Positions 20,701 to 29,647 of a stretch of DNA of 64,000 nt are shown one piece after another. Position numbers and translations under genes: made by a program. The notes under the pieces were generated by a model, which worked only from the letters and a program-made list of their open reading frames with translations, ran no database searches and was not told the DNA's origin. Source of the stretch: a virus; IMG/VR virus record IMGVR_UViG_3300007513_000009. One strand, 5' to 3'. The stretch's first letter is position 1, and each line of letters opens with the position of its first letter.

Positions 20701-21242
20701 AATTTGGTAGAATAATAGGAAAAAAATGGGATACTTTACTGGGTCTTCCTAAATGGGTAGGTGACGGAACTGATGGAGAGGGTGGATCTCCTGTTTTGGG
20801 TTTCAACTATGGTATTAATAAATGGTGGGATGAAACTCACTGGCCCCCTGCTGTTAAGAAGTATTTGGATGCTGATGATTATGAAGGTGTAAGAGTTCCT
20901 AGATTATTATTGGGGGTGAGTTTTAGTATGGCGAAAGGGATGGCCCCCTACTCCTCTAATAGTGATGATTTTATTGGTTCTGTTGAAAGTCCAAAAAGAA
21001 TTTATTATACTATAACACCCAGACAAGGATGGAACACTTGGGGAATTACTGATTTTATTCTACCACAATCAGCTGTTGGATTTTCTTTAAATAAAGGAGT
21101 AACTCCACATAATTTTATAGATCGTATGTTAGATATTTATGAGATAATTGAACCCCCATTGACTGAAGCACTTAATACATATATGAGCGGTATTTTCCAA
21201 TCCGGTAAAAATCTTTCAACTGGAGTTAAGAGGAGAAAATAG
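17796..21242 (+). CDS. Large baseplate hub-like protein
   Basis: 1148 aa after the LysM protein; FLRPG...DFGWS and ELTTYG...IGDVF...IDHKV....WET hub-type segments. Confidence 0.5.
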   Translation: MSENVEKRIFGGNPSPSILKKLNLLQKQTGSFSTKKDKDFLSSRDPVFDDYLGGKTPFARMWTATAMVPSGSHITGSDTVKVFHSVNENRNFSYKETPSPSESVNGSYRVQNEKNPYFKPTSGITSISSKSEGALGALRTTSVEFEVHNKRDFETIFLPFFLRPGALICVDFGWSSGNFKLYDPQAIIKDNMTMESFDMKIQQKVRDNLGDLEVVIGIVRKYDASITELGSFKCTVEIVSRNYSLLDAEISEENSLKFIFANMIDQVLIRILTTRAGFEEENPLMEFHNLTQNPFSHPNLKEANKKFFDTLIVAREQQWGKLTANDLIRGIYYADVTDENAYLWFDYSSNVENEVGAEAEALYVSYGLFEDVFLNNFVKSVWTVDDEEGVTSKSDGESLTYGFDSRKSKIQWNENLYEIQRQPKFKNEGLHVFMMPKDWTKSYNSKHLTKEEQEKIYANDFNNGLMPLRELFIKTALISEAFQKKQNVNDALEYIWDKISEESKGAWKIKMASPKKELITKQNTSGDASEVRLVDIQSQIGFYDINQSIKEPVELVFDLTSGNGFVKSADIKFQTPKAGMASMIAISNMSYDKVFFKESAYKKLSLLKLLDDKSQGKKIYFKSLPDMGNPDPTIKEYQVIDVDLTDFTGKTKSVDGAKATDIYNKKIGGALEAYNKEVERILKDKDGDGEVDDKEKNAYSTAKEIFEEDKIVLIANSPSEYSLALAEKANMSSYRSNDVSPILPVELELTTYGNNLLHIGDVFDINYLPEHYKNKVYFQTMGIDHKVSSAGWETTYNSMMRPNPDELSKISVDPETVIIKMGEHYSKKQQSNQPKGLLDGISSTTKMNDHRGFEILTNFYDVNSEDELGQWDDGNLFQRFNIPKNGAGFALIYAYQFTLLSSQFTKWPHAPLPADSMGDVDAWGGRRAYRNLPPKFFMESVRGIIDDMDEALPHVIGSLNKNELILYKEFGRIIGKKWDTLLGLPKWVGDGTDGEGGSPVLGFNYGINKWWDETHWPPAVKKYLDADDYEGVRVPRLLLGVSFSMAKGMAPYSSNSDDFIGSVESPKRIYYTITPRQGWNTWGITDFILPQSAVGFSLNKGVTPHNFIDRMLDIYEIIEPPLTEALNTYMSGIFQSGKNLSTGVKRRK

Positions 21243-21253
21243 TTAAGTATATC

Positions 21254-21282
21254 TTGGTTTTTTTATGAAAAATGGTTATATT
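21254..21282 (+). promoter_or_regulatory. Sigma70-like promoter (TTGGTT-17-TATATT)
   Basis: Correct spacing at the boundary of structural and replication modules. Confidence 0.4.
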
Positions 21283-21287
21283 AGGAT

Positions 21288-22472
21288 ATGGGGATAACTG
21301 TAACAAAATACCCAAACTTTTCAAAATGTCATCCATTAAATAAACTCATCTTTATGTATGATGATAAAACTATATATGCGAATCATAGAGAGAGAATTAT
21401 TGATGTTATAGATAAAGATAATATGTATCTTGGTTTTGACTATAGAACTTTTTTGCGACATAGAATAAAATTTGCTGATATGAATGTTTTTAATTATTGG
21501 CAACATAATGTACCAAAATATAAATTTGAATTTGATACCTTTTACTCTGAAAGTGATGATTTTCCATATTTCTATCCTTTACAAAAAATGGTTGAACAAT
21601 CTAAGGAGATAAAATTTGATAAAGTTGATGGTATGATAAATTTAAAAGCTTTTGAAAAATTTCATGATGATTTTACTAAAGCTTTTTATGGAATTGAAAA
21701 GAATGGTATTAAGGTTGATAGGAAGAAGTTTATAAATACATTTAATTGTAAATCAGATATAATTCATAAAGATAGAGTGTATCAGAATTATAATTTTTTT
21801 ACTATTACTTCAAGACCATCAAATGCTATAAATAACATTAATTATGCAGCTTTAACACCAACACAAAGACAATGTTTTATACCTGAGAATGATATATTTG
21901 TGGAATTTGATTTTGATGCTTATCATCCAAGATTAATAGCTGATATGATAGGATATAAATTTCCAAAGACACCAGTGCATGAGTATTTGTCAGATAAGTA
22001 TGGTGTTGATGTAAAAGAGGGTAAGAATAAGACATTTCAATATCTATATGGTGGGATACCAAAAAAGGTTGCGGAAGAAGTTAAGTTTCTTGGAGATACA
22101 AAGGATACAATTGCTTATATGTGGGAAGGTTGGAATGCTAAAGGATTTGAAAAGACACATATTTATAAAAGGCCATTGAGAAGTGAAAATTTAACTGATA
22201 TGAATCCACAAAAGTTATTTAATTACTATATTCAGTCTTATGAAACTGAAAGAAATGTTACTTTGTTAAAAGAATTACATAACTATTTATTAGATAAGGG
22301 GACTGAAATTGTCTTGTACAATTATGATAGTTTTTTATTTGATTATTCAAAAGAAGATGGGAAAGATATTTTATCGAATATTAGAAAAATTCTTGAACAA
22401 AATGGTTTTGTGACAAAATTGAGAGTTGGCAAAAATTACGGAGATATGAATGGAAATACATCCATTAGTTGA
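21288..22472 (+). CDS. Short family A DNA polymerase-like protein
   Basis: TSRPSN, motif A EFDFDAYHPRLIA, motif B K..TFQYLYGG, NYYIQSYETE, motif C YNYDSFLFD. Confidence 0.75.
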   Translation: MGITVTKYPNFSKCHPLNKLIFMYDDKTIYANHRERIIDVIDKDNMYLGFDYRTFLRHRIKFADMNVFNYWQHNVPKYKFEFDTFYSESDDFPYFYPLQKMVEQSKEIKFDKVDGMINLKAFEKFHDDFTKAFYGIEKNGIKVDRKKFINTFNCKSDIIHKDRVYQNYNFFTITSRPSNAINNINYAALTPTQRQCFIPENDIFVEFDFDAYHPRLIADMIGYKFPKTPVHEYLSDKYGVDVKEGKNKTFQYLYGGIPKKVAEEVKFLGDTKDTIAYMWEGWNAKGFEKTHIYKRPLRSENLTDMNPQKLFNYYIQSYETERNVTLLKELHNYLLDKGTEIVLYNYDSFLFDYSKEDGKDILSNIRKILEQNGFVTKLRVGKNYGDMNGNTSIS

Positions 22473-24579
22473 ATCATTATTTTTAGAGTGGAGAGTTAAG
22501 GTACATACTGGATCTCCAGATCCAAAGGATGCTGGTCATATTGTTATATTGAAAGAGATATGTTTAGCAAATGGAATAGATAATAAAGTAATAGATAATG
22601 TTATATTGGCTTTAGAAGCTTCTAAACCTGATAAAACAGCTTCAACTGTAAAAAAGGCTAAAGCGAAGGCTGAAAAAGGTGAGACTTATGCTTCGGTTAA
22701 GCCCGATGGTACATTAAAGTCTAAGATTTATACTAGAGGAAAAGAAAAGGGTGGTGCGGTAGATACTGCTGATGACGCTTCTGGTGATAGTGATGTTGAG
22801 ACTCAATCTCAAGAACCACATGTTGATAAAATGGATCATAGTGATGCGGTAGAGTTTGTACAACCAAAGGTTATAGAAGCAGTTAAAGATATTGAACAAT
22901 TAATGGCTAAAGGTGATAAAAAATCCAAAATCAAAGCTGCAAAAATTGCTAAAAATTTAATAACAAAATATAAATTATCAAGAGCACTTTATTTACAAGA
23001 CGATAAGGAAGGTTATGGAAAAGTTTATGTTGGAGATCATGCCAGATATCTTAGTGGGAAAAAAGAACCAAAGAAGGGGATTGGTAAATGGATTGAAACT
23101 ATAGAGAGTACTGGAGTTCCAATTCCAATGAGGCCTGGTGGGATGAGTAGAACTATTATGTCACCACAGCAACTTCATAGAAAAAGAGTAACTGGAACTG
23201 TAACAGAAGGAAAAGATGGTAGTAGGAAAGTGACAATACCTGCTAGAAAAAGAGAAGATGGTAGTGAAGTTTCGGAAAGATCTTTTGTTTTAAAGGCAGA
23301 TCCTAATGATCCAGTTTCACAGATGAGATTAGAAGGTTTACCTGTGGGAGAAGTTGAATTTTGTGATATTAATGATGCTACTACTCCTGAAGGAAGAACT
23401 CATTGTATTATGAATGCCACAGAAAATCTTGCTAATATGTTAGTTAAAATAAATACAAATTTAAATAAAAAGGATAAATTTAATCGCAAGATAATCAAAG
23501 ATGTTACTCAAAAACTTGATGAAATTCGTGATTTGGAGAATGCTGATCCTAAGGATACTGAAGCTTTTGCTAATGCGTGTAATGAGATGTTGGCATTAAC
23601 TAAGAATAAGAATCCTAAATTTGATGAAAAGGGTAATCGTGTTTTGAATAGTAAAGGTAAACAAGTATATGAACAAAACGAATTTACCAATATGACAGCA
23701 TATATGGCTGAAACAGTTGAAGCTATGCGTAATTTAAATGAAGGTTATGAAACATATATACCATCATCAGGTAATTTTAAGACTTCGGATGTTTTGGCTC
23801 TCAAGGGTGGTGCACCAACATCAATTGTAACTACAGTCGATGGTAAATCTGCGCCACCACAAGAATATGAAATGGAAGGATCTTCTGTTAAATTTGCTGG
23901 GGGTGGTGCTTCTCAAATGCCAAATAAAGTTGATAATTCAACATTTAAAGATAAAGATGTAACTATTGAAGTGAATGGTGAAAAGAGAAAGGGTACGAAA
24001 GAAGTCTTGCATGGATTAATGAGTTATTATAGTATACTTTATCCGGCTGATGGAAATACACCAACTCCTATTTCTTCTGAAGATTTTGATAAATATAAAA
24101 CTGATAATGAAGCTGTATTTGAAGAATTTTATCCTGAATCAGATTATCCTAATAAACAAGCTGAGCTTGATAAAATGTGGGAATACTGTAGAGGAAAGGC
24201 TAAAACACAATGGGAAAGAACACCAAAAGCTAAAAGAGAACTGGGGGAAAGTAAAGAAGATGCTATTCGTAGAGGTCAGATATATCATTACAATCAATGG
24301 GTAACTACTATGGTTCATAATCATCCTGAAAGAGGGCTTAAAAGTCAAGCCTTTTCTAATTCAGATTATGTTGTTTATGATGTAAAGGGAACAAATCAAG
24401 AAAAGAAATGGATTAAGAGAGTACATTCAGACGGAGTGAATTCTGTAGTTTGGGTTGGTTTTGATGCAGATCAAGGTTATTCGGTTTCTGATACTGGCTA
24501 TATAGCACCAACTAATGTATATTCAAGTCGGATGAAACACAACAATCCTGCATTGGGATGGATTAAGAAGATGAAATAA
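22450..24579 (+). CDS. Large hypothetical protein
   Basis: 709 aa ORF with typical codon usage; no family recognised. Confidence 0.65.
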   Translation: MEIHPLVESLFLEWRVKVHTGSPDPKDAGHIVILKEICLANGIDNKVIDNVILALEASKPDKTASTVKKAKAKAEKGETYASVKPDGTLKSKIYTRGKEKGGAVDTADDASGDSDVETQSQEPHVDKMDHSDAVEFVQPKVIEAVKDIEQLMAKGDKKSKIKAAKIAKNLITKYKLSRALYLQDDKEGYGKVYVGDHARYLSGKKEPKKGIGKWIETIESTGVPIPMRPGGMSRTIMSPQQLHRKRVTGTVTEGKDGSRKVTIPARKREDGSEVSERSFVLKADPNDPVSQMRLEGLPVGEVEFCDINDATTPEGRTHCIMNATENLANMLVKINTNLNKKDKFNRKIIKDVTQKLDEIRDLENADPKDTEAFANACNEMLALTKNKNPKFDEKGNRVLNSKGKQVYEQNEFTNMTAYMAETVEAMRNLNEGYETYIPSSGNFKTSDVLALKGGAPTSIVTTVDGKSAPPQEYEMEGSSVKFAGGGASQMPNKVDNSTFKDKDVTIEVNGEKRKGTKEVLHGLMSYYSILYPADGNTPTPISSEDFDKYKTDNEAVFEEFYPESDYPNKQAELDKMWEYCRGKAKTQWERTPKAKRELGESKEDAIRRGQIYHYNQWVTTMVHNHPERGLKSQAFSNSDYVVYDVKGTNQEKKWIKRVHSDGVNSVVWVGFDADQGYSVSDTGYIAPTNVYSSRMKHNNPALGWIKKMK

Positions 24580-24974
24580 TGAAAACTCAATTATTGTGTA
24601 CCTTTACAAATAAAAAGGATCTTGAACAAACAACTCATGATGTAACTAAACATTTTACGATTGTATATGATAAAATTTATGTTCTACAGAACGAAGAAAA
24701 AAATCATGAATTAATTTGTACTTATAATGTAGAGAATAATGAACAATTGGATTTTGGTTTGGTTAAGAAAACTATATCACTTCATAGGAAAAAATTAACC
24801 AATACACTTTATACAATTAATGCGTTAAATGAAATAATTAAAAACATAAACAATGGTATACTTGATCAAACTCTACAAATACCATGGGATGTCTATAGTA
24901 ATAAAATATTGATAACCAATAAAGAAGGATTATCAGTAATTCCAACCAGGATATTAAAAATAATAAATTTATAA
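24579..24974 (+). CDS. Hypothetical phage protein upstream of SSB
   Basis: 131 aa ORF with TAATG coupling; HRKKLTNTLYTINALN motif. Confidence 0.65.
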   Translation: MKTQLLCTFTNKKDLEQTTHDVTKHFTIVYDKIYVLQNEEKNHELICTYNVENNEQLDFGLVKKTISLHRKKLTNTLYTINALNEIIKNINNGILDQTLQIPWDVYSNKILITNKEGLSVIPTRILKIINL

Positions 24975-24980
24975 AACCTC

Positions 24981-25009
24981 TTGTTTTTTTAGTAAAAAAG
25001 TGGTATATT
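24981..25009 (+). promoter_or_regulatory. Sigma70-like promoter (TTGTTT-17-TATATT, extended -10 TG)
   Basis: Intergenic, upstream of the SSB gene. Confidence 0.45.
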
Positions 25010-25081
25010 ATAAAACATAAACAACATCTATTGATATTTATTAATAGATAATAAACCTTAAACATAACTAGGAGAATAAAC

Positions 25082-25831
25082 ATGGATATTGATGCAATAA
25101 AATCTAGACTAAGCCAGTTACAAAACACAAGCACAACTGCTTCTGTTATTTGGAAACCTCAACCAGGAAAAACACAAGTTAGAATTGTTCCGTATAAACA
25201 TGAAAAAGACAATCCATTTATTGAATTGTTTTTTCATTACAGTTTAGTACCAAACAAAACTGTATTATCACCACAATCTTTTGGTCGTCCTGATCCGGTA
25301 CAGCAATTTGCTGATAAACTTAAATCGTCCGGCGATAAAGATGAATGGATTCAAGGCAAAAGAATTGAACCAAAGATGAGAACATTCGCACCAGTTGTGG
25401 TTCGTGGGGAAGAATCTGAAGGTGTGAAGTTTTGGGGATTCGGTAAAACAGTATATCAAGAACTGTTGGGTATCATCGCTGATCCAGATTACGGTGATAT
25501 TTCTGATCCTATGACAGGCCGTGACATTGTTGTTGAAAGACAGACTCCAGCAGAAGCTGGAAATCAGTATGGTAAGACAACAATTCGTGTTAAACCAAAT
25601 CAAACTGATTTGGCTGAAGATTCCAAAATGCAGAAAAATCTGTTGGAAGAACAACCTAATTATGCAGAGCTCTTTACAGAACCAACTTATGATGAGTTGA
25701 AAGAACATCTTCATAATTTTCTTAATCCATCGGCTGCTAATGAAGACAAAGCTGAACCAGAAGCTGAAATGGTTACGACTAAAGCATCTTCTAAAGTAGA
25801 AGATGATTTTGATAAATTGTTCAATAGTTAA
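25082..25831 (+). CDS. Single-stranded DNA-binding protein (gp32-like)
   Basis: WKPQPGK..VRIVP, GVKFWGFGKTVY, DPMTGRDI, acidic tail EDDFDKLF; next to recA. Confidence 0.85.
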   Translation: MDIDAIKSRLSQLQNTSTTASVIWKPQPGKTQVRIVPYKHEKDNPFIELFFHYSLVPNKTVLSPQSFGRPDPVQQFADKLKSSGDKDEWIQGKRIEPKMRTFAPVVVRGEESEGVKFWGFGKTVYQELLGIIADPDYGDISDPMTGRDIVVERQTPAEAGNQYGKTTIRVKPNQTDLAEDSKMQKNLLEEQPNYAELFTEPTYDELKEHLHNFLNPSAANEDKAEPEAEMVTTKASSKVEDDFDKLFNS

Positions 25832-25853
25832 TATCCGTATAACGGATTAACAA

Positions 25854-25892
25854 AGGGGTGGTGGATTTTCCTCCTTTTTATTCATCACCCCT
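25854..25892 (+). promoter_or_regulatory. 13-bp stem-loop with a pyrimidine loop containing CCTCC, between ssb and recA
   Basis: AGGGGTGGTGGAT / ATTCATCACCCCT (with G-U pairs), loop TTTCCTCCTTTTT. Confidence 0.55.
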
Positions 25893-25911
25893 ACTTTATT
25901 AGGAATAAGTT

Positions 25912-27021
25912 ATGGTAAGTAAAACTGAAAATCGTGATAATTTAGCAACTGTTATAGCGGATGAATTAAATAAACAATCTAAGACACACCAGGTTGCTTA
26001 TTTTTTAGATGGGGTGCAAGAAACACCAACTGATGTCACGGATTGGATTTCTACAGGTTCTACTTTATTGGATTTGGCTGTATCAAATAAACCACTTGGT
26101 GGATTGGCTGCTGGAAGAATAACAGAATTAAATGGACTTGAAGGTAGTGGTAAATCTTTGATTGGAGCACATGCTCTTGCATCTACTCAAAAGAAAGATG
26201 GACTTGCTGTTTATATAGATACTGAATCTTCTGTTTCATCTGAATTTTTACAAGCAATTGGTGTAGATACAGAGAGTATGTTATATATTCATTTAGAAAC
26301 CGTTGAAGAAATATTTGATACAATAGAAACAATTATTACAAAAATAAGAGAATCAAGTAAAGATAAATTAGTCACTATATTAGTTGATAGTTTAGCAGCT
26401 GCTTCCACTAAGATGGAAATGGATGCCGACTATGATAAAGATGGTTGGGCTACATCAAAGGCAATTATTTTATCTAAGGCTATGAGAAAAGTAACTCAGA
26501 TGATTGCTCGTCAAAAAGTGTGTTTGATATTTACTAATCAACTTCGACAAAAACTTGGTGTAATGTTTGGAGACCCTTGGACTACAAGTGGTGGAAAAGC
26601 ATTACCATTTCATGCATCTACTCGTGTAAGATTAAAGAATGTTGGACAGATAAAAGATACCAAAAAAAATACTGTTGGTATTAAGATTAGGGCACAAGTC
26701 ATTAAGAATCGATTAGGTCCACCTTTGAGAAGTGCTGACTTTCAACTGTACTTTGATAAAGGTATTGATGATTTTGGTAGTTGGTTGGGTATATTGAAAG
26801 ATCATAAATTACTCAAACAGGCTGGTGCTTGGTATACATTTGAAGACCAAGATGGAAAAGAACATAAGTTCCAATCTAAAGATTGGGGTTCTTTGATGGC
26901 TGATGTAGATACACAAAAATATGTATATAATTTGATATGTGATAAAGTAATACTAAAATACGATTCTGCTAAACTCGGTATCGATGATGTGTCTACTTCA
27001 GATGAACTTGTAGATGAGTAA
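25912..27021 (+). CDS. recA: RecA/UvsX recombinase
   Basis: ISTGS..LD, Walker A GLEGSGKS, VDSLAA, FTNQLR, GGKALPFHASTR, KNRLGPP. Confidence 0.92.
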   Translation: MVSKTENRDNLATVIADELNKQSKTHQVAYFLDGVQETPTDVTDWISTGSTLLDLAVSNKPLGGLAAGRITELNGLEGSGKSLIGAHALASTQKKDGLAVYIDTESSVSSEFLQAIGVDTESMLYIHLETVEEIFDTIETIITKIRESSKDKLVTILVDSLAAASTKMEMDADYDKDGWATSKAIILSKAMRKVTQMIARQKVCLIFTNQLRQKLGVMFGDPWTTSGGKALPFHASTRVRLKNVGQIKDTKKNTVGIKIRAQVIKNRLGPPLRSADFQLYFDKGIDDFGSWLGILKDHKLLKQAGAWYTFEDQDGKEHKFQSKDWGSLMADVDTQKYVYNLICDKVILKYDSAKLGIDDVSTSDELVDE

Positions 27022-28063
27022 GAAATCACTTTCTAAATTATTTAAAGAATATGAATCAGATATAGTCACAAAACCAATTAGTAGAAAGCCGGATGATCAT
27101 ATATTCATTTCTGATGGTTTAAATACTTTTATTAGGGCTTTTGCTGTAAATCCATCTATGAATGAGGATGGTAGTCATATTGGTGGGATAGTTGGTTTTC
27201 TTAAATCAATTCGTTTTGGGATAAATAAGTTTAAACCAACACGCTGTGTTATAGTGTTTGATGGGAAAAATGGTTCTAAAAAGCGCCGCAAATTATATCC
27301 ACAATATAAAATTGGTAGAGGAGTTAGTTCCAGATTAAATCGTACTGTTGATTGGACAATGACACCAACTGATGAAGCTGAATCTATGAGAATTCAATTA
27401 GTTAGATTGGTGGAGTATTTAGAACATTTACCAATAACAGTAATTTCGGTTGATGGTGTAGAGGCTGATGATGTTATTGGTTATTTAACTAACACTACAT
27501 TAAAAGATTCTAAATGCACTATTATGTCAACTGATAAGGATTTTCTACAATTAGTTTCTGATAGAGTTGAGTTATATTCACCCACAAAGAAAATTACATA
27601 TAATGAGGAATTGGTAAAAAAAGAGTTTGGAGTTTACCCACAAAATATGTTAACTTGTAGAACTGTAGAAGGTGATAAGTCGGACAATATAACGGGGGTA
27701 AGAGGAATTGGGGCTAAAACAATGATTAAGGAATATCCTATGTTAAGCGAAAATCAAAAGTTTGATGTTAAAATGTTAATAGATAGTGCTAATTCTAAAT
27801 CAACAAGAATTTCAAATATTATTAAAGATAGTCAAATGGTTATAAAGAGAAATTATATTTTGATGCAATTGTATGATCCCGATATACCAAATCATACAAA
27901 GTTGAAAATAACAGATGCTATACGAGAATATAAACCAACAATTGTTAAGTATAAACTACAGAGATTATTAGTTGAAGATAAATTATGGGGACACATACCT
28001 AATTTTGATAATTGGATAACTGAATTTATGTTATTACGACATTATTGGAATAATAAGAAATGA
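27014..28063 (+). CDS. 5'-3' exonuclease / flap endonuclease (T4 RNase H-like)
   Basis: DGLNTFIR, VFDG, EADDVIG, STDKDFLQL, GDKSDNITGVRGIG. Confidence 0.9.
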   Translation: MSKKSLSKLFKEYESDIVTKPISRKPDDHIFISDGLNTFIRAFAVNPSMNEDGSHIGGIVGFLKSIRFGINKFKPTRCVIVFDGKNGSKKRRKLYPQYKIGRGVSSRLNRTVDWTMTPTDEAESMRIQLVRLVEYLEHLPITVISVDGVEADDVIGYLTNTTLKDSKCTIMSTDKDFLQLVSDRVELYSPTKKITYNEELVKKEFGVYPQNMLTCRTVEGDKSDNITGVRGIGAKTMIKEYPMLSENQKFDVKMLIDSANSKSTRISNIIKDSQMVIKRNYILMQLYDPDIPNHTKLKITDAIREYKPTIVKYKLQRLLVEDKLWGHIPNFDNWITEFMLLRHYWNNKK

Positions 28064-28233
28064 AGAAATGGTATGAAATCAAAGCCACACATCCAAAACA
28101 TAAAGCTATGGGTAAGATTAAGTTTTGGTTATATAGGGAAAATAAAAAAGAAGTGCATGAATTGGTATTAAAGAAAGGTTATCAAAATATTGAATGGATT
28201 AGAGAAGGTACTCCATCTTTTTTGGATGAATAA
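28060..28233 (+). CDS. 57 aa hypothetical protein, not in the ORF track
   Basis: MKKWYEIKATHPKHK...PSFLDE; ATGA overlap upstream, stop abuts the helicase ATG. Confidence 0.6.
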   Translation: MKKWYEIKATHPKHKAMGKIKFWLYRENKKEVHELVLKKGYQNIEWIREGTPSFLDE

Positions 28234-29598
28234 ATGAGCAAAGAAAAAACAATATCAGAATACGGATATTCCTTCCAAATTAAGTTTTTAGTTTGTTTGA
28301 TGCAAGACAAATTATTTCTTGAACAAATACATGATATATTGGATGAGAAATATTTAGGAAATGATGCATTTCAATGGGTATTAAAAGAAATACATCAATA
28401 TTATTCAGATTATAAAGATGTTATTACATTGAATGTATTTAAAATTAAAGTACAAGAAATTGATTCTGATGTATTACAATTAAATGTAAAGGAAATTTTA
28501 AAAGAAGTATATAAGAATACAGAAGCAATTGATTTAGATTATATTAAAGATAAGGCATTGGACTTTCATAAATCACAAGTATTGAAGAATGCTATAATTA
28601 AATCAGCTCAAATATTAGAAGTTGATGGTGATACTGATGAAATTAAGTCTATTATTGATACTGCTATGCAAGCTGGGGTTGAGAGAAATTTAGGGCACGA
28701 TTATTTACAAGATATAGATAGACGATATGAAGAATCGGCAAGAATAACATCACCTACGCCGTGGGATATAATAAATGAGTTAATGCAAGGTGGATTGGGT
28801 GCTGGTGAATTGGGAGTTGTAGTTGCTCCAGCTGGTATTGGTAAATCTTGGACATTGGCTGCCATGGGTGCTTATGGAATTTCTAAAGGATTGAATGTTG
28901 TACATTATACATTGGAGTTAAATGAAGCCTATGTTGGATTACGGTACGATAGTATTTTTAGTGGTGTTGAAGGTCAAAATTTAAAATATCATAAAGAAGA
29001 AGTGATGGAGAAGTTATTTAAATTGGATGGTAATTTAACTATCAAGTATTATCCAACTAAATCCTGTACAGTTAATACATTATCTGCTCATTTGAAAAAG
29101 GTCATTACATTTGGTGAAAAGGTAGATATGGTATTGGTCGATTATGCTGATATTATGAGAGATACAAATAAACATACAGAGATGAGACACGCTTTGGGAA
29201 GTATCTATGAGGATTTACGAGGATTGGCTGGTGAAATGCAAATACCGATATGGACAGCAAGCCAAGCTAACAGAAGTGCGTTGGATGAAGATGTGATTGA
29301 AGCCAGTAAAGTTGCTGAATCTTACGCTAAAGTTATGACGGCGGACTTTGTGGTGTCGTTAAGTCGTAAGATAGAAGATAAGATAAGTAATACTGGTCGT
29401 TTTCATGTGATTAAGAATCGGTTTGGTCCTGATGGTTTGACTTATCCTGCTCGCATCAATACAAATATTGGTAAGATAGAGATATTTGAATCGAGTTCAG
29501 TACAAGGTAAAGATGTTCAACATAAAATTAAAAATCGTGATAATCAGACTAAAGCTATATTATCTGCTCGTTATGATGATTTAATGGATGATGAGTAA
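28234..29598 (+). CDS. Replicative DnaB-like helicase (gp41-like)
   Basis: Walker A APAGIGKS, YTLEL, VDYAD, WTASQANR, KNRFGPDG. Confidence 0.9.
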   Translation: MSKEKTISEYGYSFQIKFLVCLMQDKLFLEQIHDILDEKYLGNDAFQWVLKEIHQYYSDYKDVITLNVFKIKVQEIDSDVLQLNVKEILKEVYKNTEAIDLDYIKDKALDFHKSQVLKNAIIKSAQILEVDGDTDEIKSIIDTAMQAGVERNLGHDYLQDIDRRYEESARITSPTPWDIINELMQGGLGAGELGVVVAPAGIGKSWTLAAMGAYGISKGLNVVHYTLELNEAYVGLRYDSIFSGVEGQNLKYHKEEVMEKLFKLDGNLTIKYYPTKSCTVNTLSAHLKKVITFGEKVDMVLVDYADIMRDTNKHTEMRHALGSIYEDLRGLAGEMQIPIWTASQANRSALDEDVIEASKVAESYAKVMTADFVVSLSRKIEDKISNTGRFHVIKNRFGPDGLTYPARINTNIGKIEIFESSSVQGKDVQHKIKNRDNQTKAILSARYDDLMDDE

Positions 29599-29647
29599 TT
29601 ATTTTCATATTTATATTTATAAGATTTTAAGGTTTATAAGGTAGTCA

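Noticed and set aside
25833-25900. tRNA or tRNA-Sec in the ssb-recA gap
   Set aside because: No cloverleaf or T-loop motif; no tRNA recognised anywhere in the window
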